Positions 51,651 through 60,429 of a stretch of 64,000 bases of DNA are shown here, piece by piece. The stretch spans positions 192,001 to 256,000 of the forward strand of contig CAXXFK010000015.1 of NCBI GenBank assembly GCA_963663965.2. Direction: 5' to 3'. The notes beneath the pieces are model-generated. The model did not search any database, had not been told where the DNA came from, and worked only from the letters and a program-made list of their open reading frames with translations. Position numbers and translations under genes: made by a program. Source of the stretch: Sedimentisphaerales bacterium (GTDB taxonomy: Bacteria > Planctomycetota > Phycisphaerae > Sedimentisphaerales > SM23-30). Numbering within the stretch: the stretch's first letter is position 1; each line of letters begins with the position of its first letter.

Positions 51651-52336
51651 TATTTTTGCTCCTTAGCATAGCTGGAAAGGTTTTGAAGGAACTGGGCCCC
51701 ATCGAGAACACGGCCCACACCGACTTTCTTGGTTCCACCGGGATATTTAACCTGAACTTTCTTCAAGCCAAAACGTTCGCAAGCCTGCTGAAAGTTCTGG
51801 GTATCCTTGAACATGAGCATTACATAGTCATAACTCTCAAACGGCTGAAGTTCCATTCCGGGAAGGTCAATGTCTGGAATATTCTCAGCCATGTCCATGT
51901 CAGGGTCAACGCTTCCCGGCATCGTCTGAGAAAGCGTGTGGTGCAGCAATTCTCTCACCCAGAGGCTGTCAGCCTCCACCGATTCGGTCAGAGCGTGGTA
52001 AATTTCCTGATCGCCGTTGGCCATGGCCCCTACAGGATCGAGCGAAGCTAGAATGATCTTCTCGGCCTCCTCAGTCCAGTTGCCAATCAGAACTGGGACC
52101 AGTGTGTCAGGGCTGACCACGGAACGTCTGGCATGTCCATCGATCAGACGTTTAGTCCGTTCGTTGTAGAGCAATGGGGCGGCCCACCCAATCTCGGGAT
52201 TTTCAATTAAATCCTTGAGCGTGGACAATTGATCGTCCGGGTGCTTACGCCAGTTGTTAGGGTTTTCGTCGAGGCTTCCAGCCTCAATCCACTCAAGTCT
52301 TAGTTGCTTTTGTTGGTCGGTTAGTTGATCGTTCAT
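51650..52336 (-). CDS. ParB/Srx N-terminal domain protein
   Basis: NPNNWRKH, GWAAPLL, LIDGHAR; coupled to glycosyltransferase (TAATG). Confidence 0.8.
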   Translation of the reverse strand: MNDQLTDQQKQLRLEWIEAGSLDENPNNWRKHPDDQLSTLKDLIENPEIGWAAPLLYNERTKRLIDGHARRSVVSPDTLVPVLIGNWTEEAEKIILASLDPVGAMANGDQEIYHALTESVEADSLWVRELLHHTLSQTMPGSVDPDMDMAENIPDIDLPGMELQPFESYDYVMLMFKDTQNFQQACERFGLKKVQVKYPGGTKKVGVGRVLDGAQFLQNLSSYAKEQK

Positions 52337-52560
52337 AAAATTACTCCAAAATGGTGATTGTCTTAAAAACGCCGTAAATGGCTCTCTATTGAATTTTCTC
52401 GGTTTCTAGGTCTGTCGGTAAAGGGTTAGGGTCAGTTTTTGCAATGTAGGCATAATTCTGTGTGAAATTGGCGTATGTCTGCCAGTTGTCAGAACGTCAG
52501 AGGAAATAATAGCACGGTTCGGGAGTGTTCCCGAAGGGGTGGGGAGTCGTTTCAAGTCTA

Positions 52561-52570
52561 GGAAGGACCC
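52561..52570 (-). other. Lambda cosQ-like motif; candidate cos region
   Basis: GGGTCCTTCC on minus strand upstream of the packaging operon. Confidence 0.45.
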
Positions 52571-52622
52571 ATCGTTTTGTTTTTTGTGCTGACCACAGCG
52601 ATTTCCACAGCCGGGCCACAGT

Positions 52623-52928
52623 CCACATGTATCCAACTTGAGCTTCTTAAAGAGGGGTATTTTGTTTTTTTAAAAATCAACTCCTCGCACACGAATAAGG
52701 GTCACGATAAGTGTACGAAATATAAAGTTTATTAGTGTGGTTATTTAATTGTGTAAGAACGTAAGAAATGCGTAAGAAGTCTAAATTTCATTCTTTCTTA
52801 CACCTTAAATGTAGTATATATATGTATTTAGAAGACATGTAAGAATGTAAGAAGTCAAAAAGACCAAAATTCAATTTTAAAAAAACAAAATACCCCCCTT
52901 TAAGAAGCCCAAGTTATGATACATGTGG
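52623..52928. repeat. ~53-bp inverted repeats flanking AT-rich GTAAGAA iterons; candidate origin
   Basis: Arms 52623-52675 and 52875-52928 (3 mismatches, 1 indel); GTAAGAA x5 direct plus 1 inverted. Confidence 0.75.
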
Positions 52929-52960
52929 GCTGACCAAATGTGGGCATATCTTTGCATTGG

Positions 52961-53377
52961 TCATCTCACAATAAAGCAAGGCTCAACGCTCATCATCGCA
53001 GACCAGAGAACGTTGGTTCTCTCACCGTAGTCATAGCGTGACTTCATGCCGGTCAGAGACCGCAGGGCATATTTGACCACCTGCAAGTCTTTGTGTTCCC
53101 CATAGGATTGAATGGCCTTGTTGAGATTAGCTAGGGCCTTGGCCCATTGATCATCGGTGATGTGTGGCTGGCCCGGCTGCATCTTGCTGACTGAGTTGTC
53201 TATCTCGTCCAGCAATCTCTCAGGCAGGCCATTGGGCAGAGGAACAAAAACAGCAGTGTTGTCTGTGAGACGATAAACCCAACCGCCAATCACCCTGCTT
53301 ATAGCTGTGTCGTATTCGGTAAAAATAGTTTGGTGTAAGTCCATTTCACACAACTGTTTCGGTGTTATTTTAGCCAT
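52961..53377 (-). CDS. Hypothetical phage protein
   Basis: Fits gene order and strand. Confidence 0.55.
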   Translation of the reverse strand: MAKITPKQLCEMDLHQTIFTEYDTAISRVIGGWVYRLTDNTAVFVPLPNGLPERLLDEIDNSVSKMQPGQPHITDDQWAKALANLNKAIQSYGEHKDLQVVKYALRSLTGMKSRYDYGERTNVLWSAMMSVEPCFIVR

Positions 53378-53451
53378 AATTTTCTCACTTTCTGTGGTGT
53401 GTGTTAAAATCTTGACACTTATCGATAAGTGTCAATGTTTTGCGTTGCCCA

Positions 53452-53775
53452 TTATTCAGGCTCAACTTCTTCAGATATGTCAAAACCGAGCTTCGCATAT
53501 ATTTCGTGACCGTCCACATAGCATTCCCCCAGATACTCTTCATAAATCATCGGATCAGGTATCCCGATTTTTTTCAGAAGCTCATAAAACACTGCGTCCG
53601 GGTTAGAGGTCCAGTCATCGACATACTCGTTGTTGATCAGAATCGGCCTGTCGTCCTGCGTGAACAAATCAAGGCCGATGGCTTCCAGAATCTCATCGAT
53701 CAACTCAGACTTGTCCGGGTGATCGGCCCTCATTTTAGTGGTATTATAGGCCCGCATGTCTATGGAAAGTCCCAT
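53452..53775 (-). CDS. Acidic hypothetical phage protein
   Basis: MGLSIDM start; fits gene order. Confidence 0.55.
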   Translation of the reverse strand: MGLSIDMRAYNTTKMRADHPDKSELIDEILEAIGLDLFTQDDRPILINNEYVDDWTSNPDAVFYELLKKIGIPDPMIYEEYLGECYVDGHEIYAKLGFDISEEVEPE

Positions 53776-53778
53776 TAT

Positions 53779-54147
53779 TCAGCCTCGCTTTCCTGTTTTG
53801 GATTTTATGGTCCGTTTTCTTCTGTGCTTCACATCAATGTCACCACCACAGTGTTTGCAGAGTTTATTGGTTCTTGCACAGACATCGCATAATTTATCGG
53901 TGCATGTGTTACCGAAGACCATGGGTTCACCACATAGGGCACATTCCACTTCAGTTATAACCGAGCCACCAATCCGGGTTCCATAGTAGTAGCATACTGG
54001 GCACTCATTTCTCTGGTGTCTTGAATCTTTATGTTGGTCATCTGTGAAACATTTAGCCCTTTTGATAGTATGGTCCATAATGTCTCGTGCGTGTTGTGTA
54101 TCAAATTCAATAGTTGCTAGGTTAATTTGTATTTTTCTTGCTCTCAT
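53779..54147 (-). CDS. Cys-rich zinc-finger protein
   Basis: Four CxxC pairs. Confidence 0.6.
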   Translation of the reverse strand: MRARKIQINLATIEFDTQHARDIMDHTIKRAKCFTDDQHKDSRHQRNECPVCYYYGTRIGGSVITEVECALCGEPMVFGNTCTDKLCDVCARTNKLCKHCGGDIDVKHRRKRTIKSKTGKRG

Positions 54148-54165
54148 TGAATCGCCTCGCTTTCT

Positions 54166-54482
54166 TCAAGCGTCTGGGTATCGCTTTGATAGCTTGTTCA
54201 GATTTGTCTTGAGAATATCTTCGAGCCAGTTCCCAAGCGAATCGATCCCAACTGACTGATACCATTCAATTCCCCAAGTTCTTCCCGCAGGTTTGTCCGG
54301 TCAATTTCTTTGCCATAAAAAATATGTCTTTTGAGTTGATCCAGAAACTCAGCGGCCTCGGTACATAAACCCATGCCCACATGCAGGAGCCGGGCTAAGT
54401 ATGGGTCAGACAGTCGCTTGACTATCTCTGAATAGTCAGGCTCAAGCCTTTTTATTGCGTCGATGTAAGCTTTGTGATCCAT
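54166..54482 (-). CDS. MazG-like nucleotide pyrophosphohydrolase, one apparent 1-nt deletion
   Basis: GLCTEAAEFLD..K..FYG..EELG; shifted frame continues IEWY..NLNKLSKRYP. Confidence 0.75.
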
Positions 54483-54487
54483 TTTGT

Positions 54488-54955
54488 TTACATCCTCTCT
54501 TTGATTGCAAAAGGTTCATCGGTCAAATACTGTGGGCTAGAATGAATGTCTCCAATCACATTACATTTCTTAAAAAGATGTGCAAGAATGATCTGCCCGT
54601 CTTTTGCTTCAGCAACAAACTGGCCTTGCCTGTATCGCACAGCAAAGGGCTTAGGTAGGGTGGACCCTTCAAGAGTGATGTTAAAATTAATAAGAATGTC
54701 ACCCTCAAACACTAATTCACCATTAAGAGAAACCTCCCCGGTGCATTGCTCGCTATTGTCGTGAGCTTCCCAAAGGGTTATAGTGTTTCCGGTTGTAGGA
54801 CCATAGTAGCTCTTCTCGTTCACAAATCCCCAGTAGGCGAAGCGGTGGAATTTGCCGTCAACATAGATTGCTTGTCGGAACTTGATCCGGGTATAGAGCC
54901 TTCTCTGTATTTCCAATGCTTCCTGTTTATCCATTTTGTTTGCTCGCTTTCTCAT
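54488..54955 (-). CDS. YopX family protein
   Basis: IKFR, EQCTG, VFEGDIL, VIGDIH. Confidence 0.75.
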   Translation of the reverse strand: MRKRANKMDKQEALEIQRRLYTRIKFRQAIYVDGKFHRFAYWGFVNEKSYYGPTTGNTITLWEAHDNSEQCTGEVSLNGELVFEGDILINFNITLEGSTLPKPFAVRYRQGQFVAEAKDGQIILAHLFKKCNVIGDIHSSPQYLTDEPFAIKERM

Positions 54956-55209
54956 GCTGGAACTGGCAACCAGTCCACATACTCAATATCGTGTGTATAT
55001 CGTTTATCGTTCACCACAGTGTGAATTGCCGTACCATTATTTATTACTCTGAAGTCATAATAGGGATCGTCTTTGAATTTAAAACGTATCAGGATCGGGC
55101 CGCAGTGTGTTGGGGGCTCGTGGTCCAGCCTTCGCCATCGTACAGCGTCCCGATATTTAGCAATCTTCATCGATAGCCTTGAAATAGTCTGATCACAGTT
55201 GTAAGCCAT
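54952..55209 (-). CDS. Hypothetical phage protein
   Basis: W..L..EPP..W.P.P pattern; GAGG RBS. Confidence 0.55.
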   Translation of the reverse strand: MAYNCDQTISRLSMKIAKYRDAVRWRRLDHEPPTHCGPILIRFKFKDDPYYDFRVINNGTAIHTVVNDKRYTHDIEYVDWLPVPA

Positions 55210-55211
55210 TG

Positions 55212-55325
55212 TTATGATCCTCGCTTTCTTTCGTCTCTTTTGACCTCGATATAAACCACTGCATAAAAGCCGAGCATAATGAGCCCAAAAACCAGAGACA
55301 AAATCAAAATAATATAGTCAAGCAT
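55212..55325 (-). CDS. 37-aa membrane peptide
   Basis: MLDYIILILSLVFGLIMLGFYAVVYIEVKRDERKRGS with GAGG RBS. Confidence 0.45.
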   Translation of the reverse strand: MLDYIILILSLVFGLIMLGFYAVVYIEVKRDERKRGS

Positions 55326-55438
55326 CGTGTTATGATCCTCACTTTCTGACTTTTTAGATTAGCCGCCCGGTGGTAGAGGTCCGGGCGGCTTGTTCAACAT
55401 ATTGCCATATTGTGATTTCTATCAGACTCGTCTGTTTG

Positions 55439-55675
55439 TCACGAGCCGCTGGTAGAATTTATTTCATTTTTACCCCCATTCTGGCTTGCTTGCTGGTGCA
55501 ACTTGCGTGCAACGATTAAGTCACGAAGCCGCCTGCTTAATCTGCATTGTTTCTGTTGGATCAGTTCATACTCCCGGTCAATGTCGATCCCTTCCAAGGG
55601 GTCTTTGATTTTTCGATACACAGCCGGGGCATGTTTACGAGTTATTTCTTTAAGCATGTGTAATGTTTCAATCAT
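55439..55675 (-). CDS. Hypothetical phage protein
   Basis: Fits gene order. Confidence 0.5.
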   Translation of the reverse strand: MIETLHMLKEITRKHAPAVYRKIKDPLEGIDIDREYELIQQKQCRLSRRLRDLIVARKLHQQASQNGGKNEINSTSGS

Positions 55676-55701
55676 CGGGATTTGCTCTCTCTTAAAAAAG
55701 A

Positions 55702-56136
55702 TTAGTTGTCAAACCAGAATACACAGCGAACCCGCTCAACCGGGGTCCGGTCGATGACTTCCTCACTGTAAACAGCACTACCAAACATATACCCAAACAT
55801 CTGGTCAAAGCTCCTGTCAGCATGAAACGGAGTTTCCCATCGATAAGGAGGAAAGGTCTTGTACCACTCAGACAGTGACTCAAGCTCGGGCCTTGACAGC
55901 CAACTGACCGAGTGTGCATCAACTCCCCAGTTAGCCAGCTCAGCTTGCGTTACTGCTGAAATGTCTGTCGGCGGTCCCTTGGGTGGAGAAATTGGCTCAA
56001 TAGTGCGTCCAGAGTCATTTCTTACCCCGGCCATTTTCGCAAACAACCAGTAGTCCCGGCTGATTTGAAGTCTGTTATAAGCGTGCCAAACCCCATTAAG
56101 TTTCACTTCAATAAATCCGTAAATATCACATCCCAT
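55702..56136 (-). CDS. Conserved phage hypothetical protein
   Basis: MGCDI..RDYWLFA.MAGVR..HSVSWL..RCVFWFDN; AGGAG RBS. Confidence 0.7.
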   Translation of the reverse strand: MGCDIYGFIEVKLNGVWHAYNRLQISRDYWLFAKMAGVRNDSGRTIEPISPPKGPPTDISAVTQAELANWGVDAHSVSWLSRPELESLSEWYKTFPPYRWETPFHADRSFDQMFGYMFGSAVYSEEVIDRTPVERVRCVFWFDN

Positions 56137-56210
56137 GATTAATCTCCTGTATTAGAGTCAAAAGTTAAAGGACGTTCAGTCTCTTACTGAGCGTCCGGTC
56201 AATCGGTTTA

Positions 56211-56789
56211 TTAGTTGAAAGCCAAATCGGAGAGGATGTCAGGATTTCCTGAAATAGCGCAGTGATAAACATTCAGAGCAACTATCGCCTCAGCGGCATC
56301 ACGCACGATGCTCAAAAAATCGCCAAAGTTATCAGAGTCAACTTTAAATTCAAAAACGCCCGTCCCGCCTTTTCCGCCCTTGGCTTCGGCTGTGAAGACT
56401 TGAAGTGTTTTTGCGGCAAAAATTTTATACAAAAAGGTCAAGCGGGCAAAGTCTTTGGATTTGAGCTTGCAACAGTCGTCGCACTTAGAAATATGGCCAT
56501 CGACCTCTTTCATCATGCACAAATAAATATCAAAGGTTGATATGCCCATATGTTTAGTGATCTGCCGTGAGACGATCATAAAGGCTGTCTCGTTCTTAGA
56601 ATAAAATCCCTTGAGGTACTCTTCTGAGGACAACCCCGGATTTGGGACATTTCCGTCTTCAGCCGTAAGAGACATGAAGGCTAGAATGTCGCCAATTAGA
56701 TTGTCGACCATGATGACATCTTTGGAGTTGAGTTTTTGTTCTGATGGGCCCGAGGTGTTTTTGTCCGAACAGTTTGCATTTGCAACCAT
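56211..56789 (-). CDS. Hypothetical protein under repeated promoter 5
   Basis: AGGAGAC RBS and own promoter. Confidence 0.6.
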   Translation of the reverse strand: MVANANCSDKNTSGPSEQKLNSKDVIMVDNLIGDILAFMSLTAEDGNVPNPGLSSEEYLKGFYSKNETAFMIVSRQITKHMGISTFDIYLCMMKEVDGHISKCDDCCKLKSKDFARLTFLYKIFAAKTLQVFTAEAKGGKGGTGVFEFKVDSDNFGDFLSIVRDAAEAIVALNVYHCAISGNPDILSDLAFN

Positions 56790-56835
56790 AAGTTGTCTCC
56801 TTGTTTTAGTGGTGTGTGAAATAATTTAAATCTAA

Positions 56836-56890
56836 ACGAAGCCTATCACAGCAAACAAAAAAGGTCAATCGTAAATTCTAAAATTTTATA
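56836..56890 (-). promoter_or_regulatory. Repeated phage promoter copy 5 with operator
   Basis: TTGACC-17-TAGGCT; TCTAAAATTTTATA 8 bp upstream of -35. Confidence 0.75.
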
Positions 56891-56891
56891 A

Positions 56892-57080
56892 TTAATTTTC
56901 CCTTTTGTCCGCTTCTTTAGTTCTGCTATCGAGTCGCTTGATTTCGTCTTCAGTGTAGCCATGCTCAAGTTGCCAACTTTCGTTGTACCTGTAGTAACAC
57001 TTATTGCAAATCCGTGAACGTGCTCTAGTGAGCTTCCCGCAACAGATACAGTCGTTTAATTCTGGTCTAGGCTTTGACAT
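56892..57080 (-). CDS. Small zinc-finger protein
   Basis: CICC..CNKC. Confidence 0.5.
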   Translation of the reverse strand: MSKPRPELNDCICCGKLTRARSRICNKCYYRYNESWQLEHGYTEDEIKRLDSRTKEADKREN

Positions 57081-57423
57081 GATGGGTTATGATCCGTGAG
57101 TAATGTTTTTCTACATCATCGAGGTTATAGCAGATACAAGCATAGCCGCCTGTATCCAGAATAGTATTAATCATGTGAGATTGAAGTTGAGTAGGCCGGT
57201 TATTGCCTATTTTTAATTCGATTCCCACAAAAACGCCCTGAATGTGGCCGATTAAATCCGGGATCCCGGATTGTTGATACTGCCCTCCGTGGACCTTGAA
57301 GAAAAAGCAACCTGGCTGGCTGTTTAACCAGCCCAGTGCCGCTCTCATAAGGTCAGACTCTTTCTTCCAGACCTTACTCTTTTTCGTCATCGTCAGGCCC
57401 TCTATAGTCGTCAATGTCATCAA
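57067..57423 (-). CDS. VRR-NUC domain nuclease
   Basis: KESDL, GIPDL, IELK, PTQLQ. Confidence 0.85.
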   Translation of the reverse strand: MMTLTTIEGLTMTKKSKVWKKESDLMRAALGWLNSQPGCFFFKVHGGQYQQSGIPDLIGHIQGVFVGIELKIGNNRPTQLQSHMINTILDTGGYACICYNLDDVEKHYSRIITHHVKA

Positions 57424-57598
57424 ACAATGTGCCTTCCAACGGGGTAATAGTGATTTTTACCCGTGATCCGGTAACAATGAGTTCGTCCAGCAGTTCCAAG
57501 TCAGAGCCTTCGATGGTACATGGCTTGATCTGGATTGCCCGGCCTGTGTTGGACGAACTGGTTGTTTTGATCTTGGCTTCCTTGATAGTTACTTTCAT
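57374..57598 (-). CDS. Hypothetical phage protein
   Basis: AGGAG RBS. Confidence 0.55.
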   Translation of the reverse strand: MKVTIKEAKIKTTSSSNTGRAIQIKPCTIEGSDLELLDELIVTGSRVKITITPLEGTLFDDIDDYRGPDDDEKE

Positions 57599-57627
57599 TT
57601 TTTGTACTCCTGTTTAAAATGGGTTAA

Positions 57628-58494
57628 TTAGTCAGATACAAACTGACGAGTTGATTTGTCGCTTCTGAGGATTGATTCAAAATAACCGTATTTGCAGTTT
57701 TTTGCGTTCCTGAGAGATAGGTCAGAAACTTCGTAAGCATGAATTACCGGGATTTGGCGTTTAGTTGCGAAGGCTACTTCAATGTCCACGCCTTCAGATA
57801 CCCCCGGAGGGGTGTCGGCAACAATCAAGTCACAAATACTGATAATTTCACAGTCAAGGTCCAGTATTTCACCGGCTGTCATTAGCCCGGCCCGGTAAGC
57901 GTTGCGCATGGCAGGCTCGAACTTATGAGGGACGTACATACGGACTGGTCTTTTAAAAACACGTTCAAGTTCCTGTTGAATGGCCAGTGATCGTTTGAGT
58001 CCCCGGTTGTTGTTGGCGTTTAACTGTTCGTCAGTCACTTTGTCGCCGTGTTCACCCCGCATAGAAGCCGAGTAATACACACTGATGGGTCTGGGGTCGT
58101 GTTTTGAAGTCGTCGCCTCCACAGGGGTTCCAGAAGCCCCAGAAGCACTCGGGGATTTATGGCCTTTGTCGTCCGGGTTCTCGAAGTAGAGATAGCAAGC
58201 CATACTCAACCGGCACAAGGCGTGAGTCAGGTCTTCTTCATTTGGGTTGTCCAGAAACTTATAAAGATGAACGAGGGCATGATCCAGATGTCCCCCGGTT
58301 CCATCCACACAGGTCAGGGCCACTTTGTGCCAGTTGTTCAGGGCATATTTTTTAGCCCCGTAAGTAAAAACTCTGGCCAGTGCCAGAGCCACTCCGGGCG
58401 GAACCGCTGTGGGCCACTCAGCCATTTCCGATCCCTGCCCGCCTCTGGCATTGGTCTCAACGGGTTCAGTTGTCATTGACTTAGGTGTGGTCAT
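57628..58494 (-). CDS. dATP/dGTP diphosphohydrolase-like (DUF5664) domain fused to nucleoside 2-deoxyribosyltransferase-like domain
   Basis: VFTYGAKKYALNNW..HAL.H..HALCRL; VYYSASMRG..P..D..I..CD..SEGVDIEV. Confidence 0.7.
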   Translation of the reverse strand: MTTPKSMTTEPVETNARGGQGSEMAEWPTAVPPGVALALARVFTYGAKKYALNNWHKVALTCVDGTGGHLDHALVHLYKFLDNPNEEDLTHALCRLSMACYLYFENPDDKGHKSPSASGASGTPVEATTSKHDPRPISVYYSASMRGEHGDKVTDEQLNANNNRGLKRSLAIQQELERVFKRPVRMYVPHKFEPAMRNAYRAGLMTAGEILDLDCEIISICDLIVADTPPGVSEGVDIEVAFATKRQIPVIHAYEVSDLSLRNAKNCKYGYFESILRSDKSTRQFVSD

Positions 58495-58520
58495 GTGGTG
58501 TGTTTCCTTTCTGTTTTGGT

Positions 58521-58820
58521 TTATAAATTAAAAGTTTCTTTATTGATTAGGTCTGCCAGTTTTTTGCGAAAACAGTTGGTAAGTCTGATTACAAGCTCGT
58601 CTTTTAATGCTCGTTCTTCAGGAATGCCAACCATGGCCATCAAGTGCGTATCAAGTCTGATGCGGATTGCGATCTCTTCCAACCGTTCTGTGTATGGGTT
58701 GACGTAGGAGCTATATTTGTAGCTTCTCATAATCCTGTCGCATAACTCTTCGATTTTAGCTGTGTTTTTTGATGTCATCGTTTCTCTCTTAAAAACTAAA
58801 AGTCCCGCCTGTGTTGCCAT
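58521..58820 (-). CDS. Hypothetical phage protein
   Basis: Fits gap; start uncertain. Confidence 0.45.
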   Translation of the reverse strand: MATQAGLLVFKRETMTSKNTAKIEELCDRIMRSYKYSSYVNPYTERLEEIAIRIRLDTHLMAMVGIPEERALKDELVIRLTNCFRKKLADLINKETFNL

Positions 58821-60429
58821 CGCAGAGATACAGAGTTTCTTTAGCTCTGGTCATTGCCACATAGAACGCCCTGATAATCGAATCCCGCAACTCCGGGTTC
58901 GTTCCCCGGTTCCATGATTCCTGAGCCACTGGTGAGAGGTCAGGGGCCACATAGACCACGTCAGCCTCAGCCCCCTTGAATGAGTGAATAGTCCCGACAT
59001 AGAGCTTTGGTTTTTGCTCATACACAGACAAGCCGTTGGCCTGAATTAGTTTAATGGGGTACTTGGTCTGCTTTAGCGAGGAAGATTTAACCTGTGACTG
59101 CCAATAGTTAATAACCTCCCGCTGTTTGCCAGCCATGAGCAGTTCGCCATATTTCTTAATGGCCTCAAGATTGACAAACTCAAGTAATCCGGTCCAATTT
59201 GAGTTTGGGGGTAGTTCGTCGGCCTTCTTCTCTGCGTTGGATTTCTGTCCCTTGATAAAAATAGCCTCAGCCGACAAGGGGCCAGTCCACGCCATAAACT
59301 CTCTCACTGTCCATGGCTCAGGATTTGGGTTAGAATCTGACCGGCACATTCTGAGAAGAGACAGAATCCTATGGTGCATTGATCTGCCGAGATTTTCATT
59401 AACCGGGTTCCATGTGTAGTTTGTTTTTCGCCATGGATTAGAGAAATATATCCCATATTCTCGAAGCTGTGTGATTAATTTGATAAGCATGTAGGAACAG
59501 GAGGCCATAATCATTACAGACTTGCCATCGGCAAGGTGTTGCTGTGCCGATTTGATCATCCATTCAGGATCGGTGAAGGGAAAATTAAAACGAGACACTT
59601 TACCGTCGAAGTCTCTGGGCTTGTAGTCAATCGGGGAGTAGTTAGACAGTCTCTTTATCCACTCAATTGCCCGAGCGTGTACCGCCCTTGGAATACGCCA
59701 AGATTGCCCCAGAACCCGCCTGTGATCGTCCGGGATAGCCGGGTCGTTCAATAGGTCAGGATCAGCCCCACGCCAAGAATAAAGCGATTGCCAACCATCG
59801 CCGCAAGCCATCATTGCCCCCGCCTTTACTCCCCAGAATTTGAGTAAATCATACTCTAATTTTGAGAAGTCCTGAACTTCATCTGCGATGACTATATCAG
59901 GCTTGCCCATCGGCTCAATCCCCAGCGTGAGGCACTCTTCAATCATGTCCGTGAAGTCGAGGGAATTATTATCCAGCTTCCACTCAGTCCATTTTTTAGC
60001 AAACGATCTAACGTCCGCTGTCCACCATTCCTTGGGAGTGAGCTTGTGTCGATACAGAGAGTACTGATTATACAATCTGTCCCCAAGCCCACTTTTACTG
60101 GATTGCTGATCTAAGTTGTCACCGTCGATATTTGAGCCTTCATCTGTGAGAGCTAACGCAGGATAGTCTTTGTTCCATTGTTTAATTTTGACTAGTTTCT
60201 TATCATATCCAATGGCTCGATAAGCTAAGCTGTGAAGTGTCCCAACCATGGAGTCGGACACAGGCAGGTCACGGCTTGCGATCTCCCGAGCCGCTGTGGT
60301 AGTCAATGAGCAGATTAATGGAGTCAAGCCCTTGTCGCATAGCTGATTGACTTGCTTGGCTAGAAAAGTCGTCTTGCCCGTTCCGGGCGGGCCGATGATC
60401 GAATAGAGTCCCTTATATTCAGATTCCAT
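58789..60429 (-). CDS. UvrD/Rep-like SF1 helicase
   Basis: GPPGTGKTT, TLHSLA, DEVQD, QSLYSWRGA, TIHSFKGAE, YVAMTRA; start at ATG 60429. Confidence 0.9.
   Translation of the reverse strand: MESEYKGLYSIIGPPGTGKTTFLAKQVNQLCDKGLTPLICSLTTTAAREIASRDLPVSDSMVGTLHSLAYRAIGYDKKLVKIKQWNKDYPALALTDEGSNIDGDNLDQQSSKSGLGDRLYNQYSLYRHKLTPKEWWTADVRSFAKKWTEWKLDNNSLDFTDMIEECLTLGIEPMGKPDIVIADEVQDFSKLEYDLLKFWGVKAGAMMACGDGWQSLYSWRGADPDLLNDPAIPDDHRRVLGQSWRIPRAVHARAIEWIKRLSNYSPIDYKPRDFDGKVSRFNFPFTDPEWMIKSAQQHLADGKSVMIMASCSYMLIKLITQLREYGIYFSNPWRKTNYTWNPVNENLGRSMHHRILSLLRMCRSDSNPNPEPWTVREFMAWTGPLSAEAIFIKGQKSNAEKKADELPPNSNWTGLLEFVNLEAIKKYGELLMAGKQREVINYWQSQVKSSSLKQTKYPIKLIQANGLSVYEQKPKLYVGTIHSFKGAEADVVYVAPDLSPVAQESWNRGTNPELRDSIIRAFYVAMTRAKETLYLCDGNTGGTFSF

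Noticed and set aside
57628..58494. Z-genome (2-aminoadenine) pathway
   Set aside because: No purZ-like or HD dATPase gene visible in this window
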